Source: Nageia nagi (Eukaryota > Plantae > Pinophyta). From it: a DNA stretch of 64,000 nt. The translations under genes were made by a program, and so were the position numbers. The stretch lies in the NCBI GenBank assembly GCA_050084985.1, contig JBITNC010000002.1, forward strand, positions 9,486,001-9,550,000, read 5' to 3'. Below are positions 1 through 11,806 of the stretch, one piece after another (within the stretch, counting starts at the first letter, position 1; each line of letters begins with the position of its first letter). Under the pieces are notes generated by a model. It was not told where the DNA came from and ran no database searches. It saw only the letters and a list, made by a program, of their open reading frames with translations.

Positions 1-1020
1 GTTCCGTCGAACGCAGCCACTTGACCACCATTCTTGAGAATCCCAGGCTTTCTCGTCTCTGGGTTTGAACTCTCGCGGACAGCTGCAGCTTTGGAAGGGA
101 TTCGAATCACAAATTCCAAAAGTGCCGCAGAGACCATAGACCTCGCATTGACCTACGGGCTTAGAGAAGATCATATTCCATCTATTGCCGTCTATCAGAC
201 TATACAGCAGAAGTCCTCCGGTCTTGTCCATGACAAAACGTGGAAGGATCCGCCTACCGGCAGGAATTCTATAAACGAAATAGACGTCGGAGCCCGTGTC
301 CTCCACACTGAAGTTGTAGGTGTATGTGCCTGACATCTCTGGAATGCCGACGAAGACTTCCCCGTTCCAGGCACCGCTCTTCCAATACGGAACGGAATCA
401 TTCCACCGAAGCATGAGCTGAGAGCCACCGGATGAGTCCGTCTGAAAATCAAAAGAGAAAACTCCAGGAGCCGGGTCAACGGAATTCTTCCAAGATATCA
501 ACTTCCAGTCTCCGCCAAGTTTCATCCCGGGCAACAACGTATCTGTAGGCTGGCCGAAGCTTTCCCAGATAGTTTCAGAATTACCCTCAATGCCCAAGAT
601 GACAAAATTGCCGGAATCTAATAAAAAAGCCCCGGACACCTTGTTGGTTCCATTGACCCACCAAATAGATACTCCATCCGCATCGAACAAACCAAGCTGA
701 CCCTCTCTTGAAAGATTCAGAACTCCTGCCGTGTTTTTAAGAGGAGTTTCCCTGTTAGCCACCCAAACAACAGTCTTCTCAGGAACTTGGGCATACCAGA
801 TGCCCACATACCAGTTGTTGGTTTTGCCAGGGCTGAAAAATCCCAATGCAAATGTGCCATTCTTGGAAACTATAGTCTTATTTCCGGTGAGGGACTCTCC
901 CAAGGAAAGACCGTCTCCATGCTGCGCCAAAACACAAATTTTGAGCGGGGAAAGCACTGTAAATGCGAAAAGGATACGCAGAAAGTATGTTGCTGGCCAA
1001 GTTGTAGTCCTTTCTTCCAT
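1..1020 (-). CDS. G-type (S-domain) lectin receptor-like kinase, N-terminal 340 codons (signal peptide, bulb-type lectin, S-locus glycoprotein, EGF-like); continues beyond the left edge
   Basis: Stop-free frame from ATG at 1020: MEERTTTWPATYFLRILFAFTVL...IVSKNGTFALGFF...WYVGIWYAQVPEKTVVWVANRETP...LLDSGNFV...IWESFGQPTDTLLPGMKL...SWKNSVDPAPG...YWKSGAWNG...CEVYGLCGTFGIC...CSC...GCVRR. These are hallmark S-domain motifs. Region is CpG-rich. TM/kinase domains are outside the window, so a kinase-less SLG-like protein cannot be excluded. Confidence 0.93.
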   Translation of the reverse strand, partial: MEERTTTWPATYFLRILFAFTVLSPLKICVLAQHGDGLSLGESLTGNKTIVSKNGTFALGFFSPGKTNNWYVGIWYAQVPEKTVVWVANRETPLKNTAGVLNLSREGQLGLFDADGVSIWWVNGTNKVSGAFLLDSGNFVILGIEGNSETIWESFGQPTDTLLPGMKLGGDWKLISWKNSVDPAPGVFSFDFQTDSSGGSQLMLRWNDSVPYWKSGAWNGEVFVGIPEMSGTYTYNFSVEDTGSDVYFVYRIPAGRRILPRFVMDKTGGLLLYSLIDGNRWNMIFSKPVGQCEVYGLCGTFGICDSNPFQSCSCPREFKPRDEKAWDSQEWWSSGCVRRN

Positions 1021-1085
1021 TGCGAAAACAGTACTCAACTCAGTACGGCGCCTACGGTCGTAGAGAAGCATCCTCACTCCTGAGT

Positions 1086-1093
1086 CCTTATAG
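1086..1093 (-). promoter_or_regulatory. Candidate TATA box (CTATAAGG)
   Basis: TATA-like motif about 70 nt upstream of the RLK ATG on the coding strand; position only, no TSS data. Confidence 0.35.
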
Positions 1094-1127
1094 CCGTGAC
1101 AACGCGGGCAGGCAGGCAAAGAAGTCG

Positions 1128-1950
1128 GGTCAAAATAACTTGAGTTAAGTCAAAAGTAAATCGTGGAAAATTTGGCGATGGTTTAATGGATACCTGAAGT
1201 CCTGTTGGTCTAGGTGAGGAAAGCAATGAAATCTATGGGATTCATAGGTCTTATTAGATGTATCTACTGAATTCGTTGGATATTACTATTTCAGTATTTA
1301 AATTTTAAGAAATAATATTAAAATAATAATTATATTGAGTCAAGTCAAAAGATAAATCGTGCAAAATTGGGCGATGGTTTAGTGGACTCATGAAGTCTTG
1401 TTGAAGTAGGGGAGGAAAGGGGGGAGGAAAGGGATTACATCTATGGGATTTATAAGTCTTGTTTAAACTAATAATTATATTGAGTCAAGTCAAAAGATAC
1501 ATCGTGCAAAATTGGGCGATGGTTTACTGGACTCATGAGGTCTTGTTGGTGTAGGTGAGGAATAATTATATTGAGTCAAGTCAAAAATAAATCGTGCAAA
1601 ATTGGGCGACGGTATAGTGGACTCATGTAGTCTTGTTGGAGTAGGTGAGGAAAGGGATTATATCTATGGATTCATAAGTCTTGTTCCATTCGATGTATTT
1701 ACCGAATTAGTTATATATTATTATTATTATTATTTTTTTTGTAAATGAAGTGATTTTTGTTCTTAATATAGGGTATAGTTTACTTTAGGTTTTTAGATAC
1801 TATGCATGTGAGGGGGAGAGATTTGAACTTGAGGTCTCCTTTTTTTTCACTTGAAAGTTTTAACAATCCATTTTCTTATTAGCTTCACACCTCACAACTC
1901 TTGATGTATATATTAATATTTCAATATTTACATTTTTAAAATTATATTAA
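1128..1950. repeat. Four-copy imperfect tandem repeat upstream of the RLK, carrying W-boxes
   Basis: Core TTGAGTCAAGTCAAAA..AAATCGTGCAAAATTGGGCGATGG..TAGTGGACTCATG..GTCTTGTTG..GTAGG.GAGG recurs near 1140, 1335, 1480 and 1571. (A/G)GTCAA (reverse complement of TTGACY) at 1128, 1148, 1338/1343, 1483/1488, 1574/1579. Confidence 0.85.
1721..1906 (-). mobile_element. Short SINE-like insertion in the fourth promoter repeat
   Basis: Interrupts the repeat tail compared with copy 1; flanked by TATATATTA (1712-1720 and 1907-1915); (TTA)n plus T-run tail at the left end; B-box-like AGTTCAAATC on the minus strand near 1820-1829. Confidence 0.5.
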
Positions 1951-3599
1951 AAGTTGTAACATTTGTCGTAACAAATTTTGTATACAATATTTATAGTTAT
2001 ATATGTTATGAAGAAAAAAAGTGCTTACTAAAATATTTTACAATGAATTTTGAACTATTTAAATTTATAAAAAAATAAATATAATATGATAAATATATAT
2101 AAAATATTTTTTATAAATGTTATCATCAAATTATTGTTAAAGTTATTTAAAAGTTGCATTTGATTTTATTTTCCTTTGTTATCATTTGACAATATTTTTG
2201 ATTGTATTATTTCACATACGAGAGGCAATATCCTCCTATATATGAGAGATTTCAATAGTAATTCACACCTTCCTTAATGGATAACCAAAAAATATTTTAC
2301 ATCTTAATAGCATATTTAAATTCCATATAAAATATTAGAAACCACTAAACTATAAGTTAAATGTAAAAATTATATTCTTCAAAATTTTTCTATTTATTTA
2401 TTGTAAAAATATTATTAAATATACTATATTTTAAATTATAATAAATAATTTTCATTAATCATAAATAAAGGATATGATAATAATTGAATGATCCAACTTG
2501 CATAATTCACAACCATCATCATTACAATTTGAAGCTCTTGACAGTCACAACATCGTCGAAAAATCCACAATCACTAAAATTTGAAACTCTTCGTATAATC
2601 ACTATGCATTACGTAAAATTTACCTTTTTACAATCAACACTTAGTCTTCACTAAAATTTGAAGAGCAAGGTTTCAAGGCATGTGGATTTTAATTTTTAAA
2701 TTTTTATGATGTGGGGTCTCAACCAGCCATGGGAGGCTGCACTTCGACTGAAACTGCTAACAAAGCCCTTTCATGAGGGGAATGAGGTACATATTTGTAC
2801 ATTCGTAAGTGGAACTCCTCTCAAATTCTATTTTAACTTTTTCCTTTTTGTCTTCGCAGGACCATACAAAACATTTGGTGAAGATTATTTCGGTATTTAA
2901 TTTTGTGCCGAAGCAAAAACAGAAAGTAGAATATTCAATTATTTGGTATTTTTACATGATAGAAGTTTATATTCTCTACTGTACATAGAGGGGGAATAGT
3001 CTCAAGGACCATCCTACCTCTCCCCTCTTCTTGTAATTATCTTTTTCTGTACAAGTCATAGTAGATATGCGTAAGGAGCCATTATGCAAATGCATAACAA
3101 TCGGATTTTATCAGATATTACCGTTCACCTTATGGGAAACGCGAGAGTAGTGAGAGAATGGCCTGTAAATGTCACCTTATTTACCCCTCCCCGATGAGTT
3201 CTTTTATTTACCTAGGGGGCAAAAAAGTGCTTTTGGACAAAGACTTTGTGAGGGGTGGAAATCAGACCTTTACTTTTTAAGATAATTTATATATCTACTA
3301 AAACCTATTTAAGCAACCTTCGTAGGTCCGCTATAATGATATATAGGAGTCGTAACCTATTTTCTCCAACATACTAAATAAATTCTAAGAACAATCTATT
3401 TAATCTAAATACATAAACAAACATAAGATATATTCTAATTGATGTTAAAAATTATTTGGATATTTTTTACTTGTTGTAATATCGTGAATTCATGCAATAA
3501 TTACTGTGAGTCAACATTGACTTATTGTTGTTATAGCTTTAGAAATGACATATCCATTGCACTTAGTTGCAGTTTCTAGTTTTATTACTCGTAATAAAT

Positions 3600-3675
3600 A
3601 TAGAGTTATAACCATAGACATGCATGGAAAACACAAGTAATTCAATGAATCCACTTTTTATCTTATTACAAGTCA
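3600..3675 (+). repeat. Dispersed repeat, paralogous to 11524-11599
   Basis: ATAGAGTTATAACCATAGACATG...TAATTCAA.GAATCCA..TTT.ATCTTATTACAAGTCA present at both sites. Confidence 0.8.
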
Positions 3676-3676
3676 G

Positions 3677-6600
3677 GAAGAAAGAAAGAAAGTATATTAA
3701 TGTCCTTAGATGACCAAAAATGGTCAATGGGACTAGAAAGTATGATCATGTTAATGAAGCTAGCAAACCCCTAATGGGCACATTTATAGAAAAGAAACAT
3801 AAAAAAATAGACAAATACAATTGTAAAAGAGAATCCTAGCCCTAAAAGAAAGGAGGGATACAAAAACTAAGGATCCTCATGGAATGCCACTTTAGACCTC
3901 ATTAAGGGAGCTTACGGTAGTACTCTTTGCTCTAGGGAGAGCTCAAGCATGAAAACTATGGTATGTGTCTATGATACTGACTTTAGAGGAGAAGAAGGAT
4001 GTGATCCGATGCATCAATGAAGGATCCTCAATGCTTTGTATACATCTCTTAGTTTGGAGTGGTGGATGCAAGTGCTCCTCCCGGTGTCTCCTATGAGCTT
4101 GCTCAGGAGAAGAGGTATGGAAGAAGGACGTGATGAGTTGATCCCCATATGGTTGCTGATCCCGAGCTAGAAGTCATTACCATAAGAAGAGGGCCTCTCA
4201 AAAGTACAAAGCTAAACATCATTGATCAGGATAACAAATGAATGTGCTCAGAGAGCTGTGTGAGTCTAAAAAAGGTAATAATAGCATCCATAGATCTCAT
4301 AAGAAACCAGATATTGAAAAATAAAAATGGGTCTTAGACTCAATCTCAAGAGAGAAAAGGCAACAAGCTTGAAGGTCTTTATCTATATGGTGGTCAGTCT
4401 TGATCCTTAACTAGTGTGAACATACTTGAAACTGACCAAGGGCTAATCTCAATCTGAGAGGAAGATGCAAGTTGATGTATCTAGGTGGATGGATTAGCCC
4501 CTTATCAAACTAGAGGTAATGATGAGCATAATGGTCTAGTTTGGGCATCAATGATTGCAAGGGAGACACCCAAGTAACTTGAATATAAGATCTATAGAGA
4601 ATCTCATAGATCATTATGAAGGAGTTTGCTACTGTCTATGGTGAACTTGTAAGAGGTGAAGGTTAGCTATTTGATGAGAAATCGAATATCAAAAGTAACT
4701 TATAGACCTTGACGAACCAACATAGATGATAACCCTAGGCAAAAAATTTGATCAAGGAAACTAGTGCTTTAACTTGGAATCTATCACTCCCACGAGCATA
4801 TAAACTCTAAATTCGATGAAGAAAGAAGATTATGTGAGCGAGGAACCCAATTAGAAGAGGTTGGCATCCAAACTCTGTAAGGAAAATAGGGTGTGGGACT
4901 ATTCTCTTACTTTGGATGAAGCATGATAGGAAGATGATCAAGAGCCTCTCTATCAATGTCCAGTTAGCTACCAATAAATTAGGTCCCCAAACTTCTATTC
5001 TATATAAGGTTGTAAGTATGACCAAGGTCTGGAATAACTCTAACTTGGATGGAACATATTGAAAGTGTAATTGGAAGCACTACCTCTCAAAGTAGACAAG
5101 ATCGCATACCCTCGATGAACTTTGGGTGATGTTGCTGACCTCATGGAGAATTTGGGACCCAAAAAGAGCACTCCCAAGTATGTATAAGAGGAGGTAGTTT
5201 CTATATTACTACCATAAAATTCAAGCCATTTTCAATCCACTATGGCTTTCGAAACACTAAAGACCACAACCTTAGTCTTGCTAAGGTTCACTACCAACTC
5301 CTTCCTAGCACTGAACCTATCGAGAACATCGAGTAATTCCTATAGACTCTCAACAAAGTGTGATAGCAATATGATGTCATCAATAAAAAGAAGTAAAGAA
5401 ACTTTGCTACCATGAAGAAGGCATCCACACTCAGACCTTATGGTCTCAGGGATAAAGCACTGTAACTTATCTATATATAACCCAAACAAAGTAAGAGAGA
5501 GAGGGAAACCCTGTTTAACCCCTATGGTACTAAGAACACTATCAAAGAGTCCATCTAAGGTGCACACTTAGCCTAAAAGCATCTCATATAAAGTTAAGAT
5601 AGCCACTAAATCCTCCTTTGGTACTCTTAAACTCCTAAACCATTCCATGAGTCCATGTTGAGTAATAATATCTATCCTCCTCGATAATAGCCTTGAGTGT
5701 GAAAATATGATCAAAGGTATGGTAATCTTTATGAAAGCTAGCTAATCCCATAGCTTGAAATCCCTTATAGTCATCCATTCGATAGAGATACCCCTCCAAG
5801 ATCGTGCATACAATTTGGCTAAGGTGTAACCAATCATGATGATGCGATAATTAATCAGGTCATTAGGGTTGTCAATCTTAAAGATTAGATGAATGATGTT
5901 GGAAATACAGGAAGAAGGGAAACCAAAGTAAATAATATTATTGAAGAACTATGGGAGGATGGGGGGAGGGTGTGGATGGTGTGGTTGAGGAATTCATCTT
6001 GAAGATATTCAATGTCAATGGCCTTCCTTGAGTTTAGTTTCTGAATGGAAGAATGGATGAAGGGGGATGAGAAAAAGTCTGATGTGAGGGGAAAGTGGAT
6101 AGGAGTGAGTGTGGGATGTCCACCAAAAGTGTAGAGCCTAAAGGCATACTCCTTCTAGGCATGGAGAGGAATAGAATTTATGAGGTACTTTTTAGGTAAG
6201 AAGGAGAGCCAAAAGGATTTTGTATTTGAATGAGGTGAAGAGATGATCTCAGTTCTCCTTTTGGATAGGAAGTGATGTTTATTAATCCTAAGGAGACGAT
6301 GGTAGGATTGATGGAGTATAATAGTGGAGATAGATCTAAGGTTGCAAACCATGGATCGATAGAGGTGATGATGGGAATCCTTGCACTAGAGATCAAACCA
6401 AGGATTCATCAAACCATGGCCTAGGTGGTGAAAGTAGGAAGTGGACTCATTTTATAGAGAAAGACTTAGAGGGCCATTGAGCAGAGGGAAGTAGCAAGAA
6501 AGGAGGCTTGATCCTCTATCGATGGGAGGGAGGATAAAGTAAGGTGTTTTTGTTATAAGATGGTATTATAGAGTGGGTCAAACTTTAAGTCAAATAGGAT

Positions 6601-7770
6601 GGATAGACAAGGGGCTTTGAGAGTGGGAGTGGTAGCAAGGGGGGTTATGGAAGATGGTCTAAAAGAGAGAAGGTGAGGTAGGCATGGTCAGCTAATGGAA
6701 GTCGAGGGGTGATATAGAAGGAAAGGAGTTGTGTGATGAGAGTAATACCATAAAGGATGTAATCTACAACACTCGCACCTCCTACATGTGGGAAATAAGT
6801 GTAGTATCAAGATTAAGGAAATTGAGAAATACCACTAAGAATCAAAAGGTAATTGGTCTCATCGAGATCAAGGAGGAATCTCCCTTAACATGTGGGGGCA
6901 TGAGATTATCAAAGTCTCTTTGGAGTGACAATGGTATGTCTAGCACTCAAGTATGTAATGGATTAGTAATGCTATCATAATATTATGTCTGTAGGTTCCC
7001 TATCCTACCATTGAATTTCCCCACTAATATAATCTCCCCTTGCATAGAATATATGGTGATCTCAAGAAAGAGGTCAAGATATGGGGACTTCCATGTGTCC
7101 TAAATAGAATAACATGAAGCTTATGGAGGGAAGTAATAATTAACAATATAGATTCTCCTAATGGGTGGAGTCCTTACCAACAAAATCCAAATGTACTGTG
7201 CATAAGTGTTAATGCCCTCAATGTGAACTTTAGTAAGAAAATGATCTCTAATAAGGAAAGCCACCCCTCCCATTCATCAGCTACTAAAACTTGAACAACA
7301 TGAATTCTTATAGGTAGAGATCCAAGTGAATCTTATGAAGGGAGTGAGCCCCTTAACAAAGCTCTCATGCATCTTAGAAAAGAGTATCAAGTCATACTTA
7401 TGGATGATATTATTGACTAAGTTAGGAGAAGACTAAAGTATCTCATTACAATTCCATAATGATACTGTAAGTGTAGAGAGTTCTGAAAAGGGACCCATAG
7501 GGAGTCATTGAGTCGTAGAGAATGGAGGCTAAGGCTTAGACCAACCCAAAGGGGGGGAGTATCTAACCTAAGCTCACTAATTCCTAATAACAACCCATTT
7601 ACCTAATTTTTGAGTCTTCATAACTTTCTTTTAGGTGAGGCTAACTCTTGTGATTTTATCGGAGTGAGGTCCTCATCGATGATATATCGATCTAGAAGAG
7701 CAAATAAAGTTTTTTTCCCATAAAATAAAGAGCTTATGTTCAATCGAGGGAAATAAAAGTTCTACCAATT
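3677..7770 (-). mobile_element. Decayed, 5'-truncated non-L1 LINE of the RTE group (RTEX-like)
   Basis: Minus strand: ORF1 tail (YIIDEDLTP...GKWVVIRN) ~7560-7770; APE start (VSLWNCN) ~7470 and ILVGKFNGR; RT motifs NYRIIMIG, VKQGFPLSLTLFGLYIDKL, LFIDDIILL, YTYLG, LYRIEVWG; C-terminal LGQFQVCSH.LRIKT; (TTTC)n tail at 3677-3692 instead of poly(A). Confidence 0.8.
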
Positions 7771-7869
7771 CAAAGAAGGGCTACTACTATATGTTTCATC
7801 TATGGAATTAACTTCTCTTGTGGTTGGTTTTGATGTATAAGAGTTCAGATGCTTCTCAACCATATTCAA

Positions 7870-9180
7870 TGCAATAGAAGTTATATTTTCCATGAATCAT
7901 GGATTTATCTTCTTAGGTAAAGTAGACTTGCCTTCTCTTATTGATGTTATGAAATCTATAATACTATAAAGAATCATGATGCTTCTGTATGACCTCAATC
8001 GTAGTGTGATGTTCAGTATCATTTTTGCATTGGAAGATAACATGATAGCTTAATTAACTTACTAAAACCAAATGATCCTTTCTTGTGGAAGTCCCTTATT
8101 AGAAACCATACAATAATTTGAAAGAATGGCAACTTTGCATCAACAACTTAATTATCTTAAAATTATATTCTTAGTAATTGATTTATGTAAGAAATTCAAT
8201 TTAAAATTATCTACTTCATCAAAAAAATATTATAGTTAAATGGTTATTATTGATAATCATTGAAAAATAAAAAGATGATATGATATGTAATATTAATACT
8301 ATTATTTTGACAAATGAAACTTAAGAAACAAGTATTTTTAAATCAATGAGAAATAATAGTTTACATGACATAACATTCCCACTTACCTAAAATAATATTT
8401 TATCTTTACAGTATGTTAATGATGGAATTTGAAAGATATTGAAATGAAAGGCCTAACTATATAGAATCATAAAATTACTATGATATGCATTTCACTTGTT
8501 AATTTCTATGGTATTGTTATAGAAAAGAAAAATAACAATTGGCTTGATAATAATATATTAAGAGCCAAATTCCAAGTCAATTTTAGTAGAAAATATTCAA
8601 CAATTAGTGAAATCCTCACATTTTGAATTACTGTTGAAAATTATCAGAATGAGAATGAATATTGGTTTACTTTGTGGATTTGAAAAAAAAACTTTGAGGA
8701 TGCTTACAATGGTAAAGTTTTGAAGTGTATGGCCAATTTAGAAATATCTTCTAAACTAATATTTGCAATTTAGGCTTTAGGAGTAAGTTATTTTTAAGCT
8801 CAAAAATAATCAAAGGTGCCTTGAGGAGATTAGCAACAATATTAGAGTTAAACAAGGATACTCGTTGTCCTTAATTCTATTTGATATTTACATAAATCAA
8901 CTAAAAATATATTAAGAAGAAATTTAATGCATAAATACAAACTTGATCATCATTTTCCTAATGTATGCTATAGATATTATATTGTTAGTCAAGGATTATG
9001 ATGATTTTGTAAAATAATAATAATCTTGTAGATATTCTAAAATATATATGACTCAATAGTTAATATGGATAAAAGAAAAAATATAATTATTAAACCTAAA
9101 AGGATGCTTTGCCCTATAATTCTCTTTAATAATAAAGCTTGGTGATCCATTTTTACAAATATTGAGATATTAATATTAAC
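7870..9180 (+). repeat. Duplicated segment, paralogous to ~34570-36250
   Basis: Collinear shared blocks (ATGGATTTATCTTCTT, TTATTAGAAACCATAC, TAACATTCCCACTTACCTAAAATAATATTT, AAACCTAAAAGGATGCTT); second copy has an extra ~0.4 kb near 35040-35420. Confidence 0.8.
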
Positions 9181-9400
9181 AAGAAACAAAATTAAAATTG
9201 AAGAGTTGAAAACTAAATGTTTATTTGATTGAAAACCTTTTGTGCCTTGCAATCTAATTGCAAAATATATGAAAATTTAGAATTAAAAACTCTTTTATTT
9301 TGCATTGGACTCCAATAATCCTCCATATCAATGATGTCTGGGTGAAAATGTATTTTGTGAAACATAGAGTAAAATATATCAAACATAAAAAAATCATTAT
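8400..9400 (+). mobile_element. Very decayed RTE-group LINE reverse transcriptase fragment
   Basis: Remnants FVDLKK, IRVKQGYSLSLILFDIYINQL, LMYAIDI, similar to the RT of the 3.7-7.8 kb element. Confidence 0.65.
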
Positions 9401-9702
9401 TTTAACATACACTATATGTTATCTTTCTCATGTAAGTTATTATAATCCTTACTAAAAAAATCTCTAAGATGACACACACATACATGAAAACATAGAGTCT
9501 CTCTCTATATATATCAAATACAATTATAATTTAACAATCATCATAGGCTCCCTATAAATATTTAACAAATATTCATAACCCACTAATGTATTTAAAGAGG
9601 TTAAGTAAAAAGACTCTCATAAATGGCTTACTTTTTGGGGCATACATAATAAATATAACCCTTTTTAATAATAGGAAATAAAGGTTGCAAATTTTAAATA
9701 AA

Positions 9703-10071
9703 TGTTGACCAACGGAATCAATTAGGTGGGTTCTTATCTATAACTAAGAATCAATGAACATAGAAATGAATAATAGAAATAAAAGAGATAGTAATTGAAT
9801 GATGAATAAGGGGGCCAAGTCTTTATTAATATAATAATAATCATTACAATTGATTACAATATCTCTTTCTTATCTTTATTAGCTCTCACCTGCCTCTCCA
9901 TCATACATTTAGTCCCTCTTTTAACATCTTCAATTGATAGCTTAGAGGATGCATTAATTTGATCGAAGGTAGCTATCATTGGAGGTAACTAATGATGTTC
10001 AATCATAAAGCAACCTAATTAGTATTGATTGATCTATGGATATGAAATTCTCTCCTACTAACATCCTCCCC
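9703..10071 (-). mobile_element. LTR-like unit (9703-10063) with adjacent polypurine tract; 3' LTR of a truncated element
   Basis: TGTT...AACA termini followed by TCCTCCCC (reverse complement of a PPT). Homology of the flanking repeat with ~25480-25640 stops where TGTT begins. No partner LTR seen. Confidence 0.55.
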
Positions 10072-11196
10072 AACTTAATCATCAGGCTCATCCTTGAGCC
10101 ATATTTTAATAACTCACTCTATCGATGATCAACCATCGACATCTAAAATTGATGCTAAATCATTTGTATGTTGTTATTTTAATTCTTGCAATAAGATCTA
10201 CACTCCTTTTATTGCAATATCTCCATCGTTATTCTAGTAACGTCGATAGCAAATTATGAGTTTACACAAAGTAATTACTAAAGCATACACAACCTTTGTT
10301 TTAGGCAATCAATCGATGATCTACTCAATTTCATATAGTTATATCAAAAATTTAATCAGTATAAAGGCAAAAGAGTGTTAAAACCAAATATGAGTAGCAC
10401 AATCTAAAATAATTCGAGGGATTAGGAATGGCCAAAATCATAGAGCTTTTTATTATCAAATGAAGTTTAAACTCCTACTCAAGAAATAGTTATCAATCAT
10501 TTACTTGAATGAGTAATTCAACTCCATAAATATCTAATTCCCTAGTGTAGCAGTTTCTCTTCTTAAATAGTACAAATAGGTTTCTTAGTCCTTTTCACTT
10601 GTTTCTTTTGATTTTTTAAGTATTTATATCTATTTTTAGAAAACTTCTTCGGTTGGTGGATACTTCTTATTTGACACTGAATCTAGGTTTTCCAAAATTG
10701 GAACACTTGTAAGTTGTCGATCCTAGGTTGGTAAGGTTGGGTTAAATAGTTAGTGAAATCGAATGCTACCCTCACATAGTATGTTTAAAAAGCATTTAAA
10801 AAATAATCATATAGGAAAAAAATGAATATAATAATAATAATAAAAAAATATTGTTAGTAGCGAATCATCAACTCAAAAATTAGGACAATTAAGGTTTTTT
10901 CAATAATAATAATAATACAAATAAAAAAATGTTGGCAATATAGGGTTCGCTATTGAACAATTCATGTATTTTAATGTATCAACATTTTTTTTATTTTTGT
11001 TGGAATTCATTTCAGAAAACTTTAGTTGAGCATCAAGATCAAGGGGCATTCACACCATCAAAATCCACTGAGGGTATGATCCCCACTTCATCTCTCATCC
11101 GCACCTACCATAAACTCCATAGGACTTTTGGTATATTTCAATGTTTATAAAGGCAAAGAGTTTTTAACCTAGACCTCACATATTTGAGAGCTTTAT

Positions 11197-11417
11197 ATCT
11201 GGATCATGCATCTTATCAAACAATTCTCAATTCTTTCCAATGCATATCCTCCAATCACTGCATTCCATGAAATTGTGTTTAAATCACAATTACTTGGAAA
11301 TTCAAGGACCCTTTCAATGTATTTGCTTTGTGAAAATCTAATGATCATTACATCATTAAACCATATTTACATCATACATCTTATCAAACAATTCTAAGCT
11401 TTTACAACATATCCATT
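11197..11417 (-). pseudogene. PLS-class pentatricopeptide repeat (PPR) gene fragment
   Basis: Minus-strand translation across frameshifts: NGYVVKA*/ELFDKMYDVN.../DLNTISWNAVIGGYA/ELFDKMHDPD; ELFDKM and SWNAxIxGYA are typical PLS-PPR motifs. Confidence 0.75.
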
Positions 11418-11713
11418 TTATACATATCCTACACAAAATAATAATAATAAATAAATAAATAAAAACATTAAGAAATTATCAATTCGATATACCCATTACA
11501 CAAAATTACAATCAATGATAAAAATAGAGTTATAACCATAGACATGTGTGGCAAACATGGGTAATTCAAAGAATCCATGTTTTATCTTATTACAAGTCAA
11601 AAGATGTTCAAATCCAACAAATTCAAAGCGGGATTTGCCACGAATGCCACTATCTATTCCATCTATGGACTTGGGAATAAATCTATTTTGTTTCACTCAC
11701 CTCGTGGTGTGAA

Positions 11714-11796
11714 TTGACTTTGCATCGGTCTTCATAGTTACGTTTGACTTCACTTTGCATCGATCTTCACGGTTACATTTGACTTGACTTTGCATC
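11714..11796 (+). repeat. 35-bp tandem repeat with four W-boxes
   Basis: ACTTTGCATCG.TCTTCA..GTTAC.TTTGACTT repeated about 2.4 times; TTGACT at 11714, 11744, 11779, 11784. Confidence 0.75.
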
Positions 11797-11806
11797 AGCT
11801 AGATGC

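Noticed and set aside
34-1083. Short ORFs listed at 34-333, 195-479, 731-1063, 787-1083
   Set aside because: Antisense or off-frame shadows of the RLK coding sequence.
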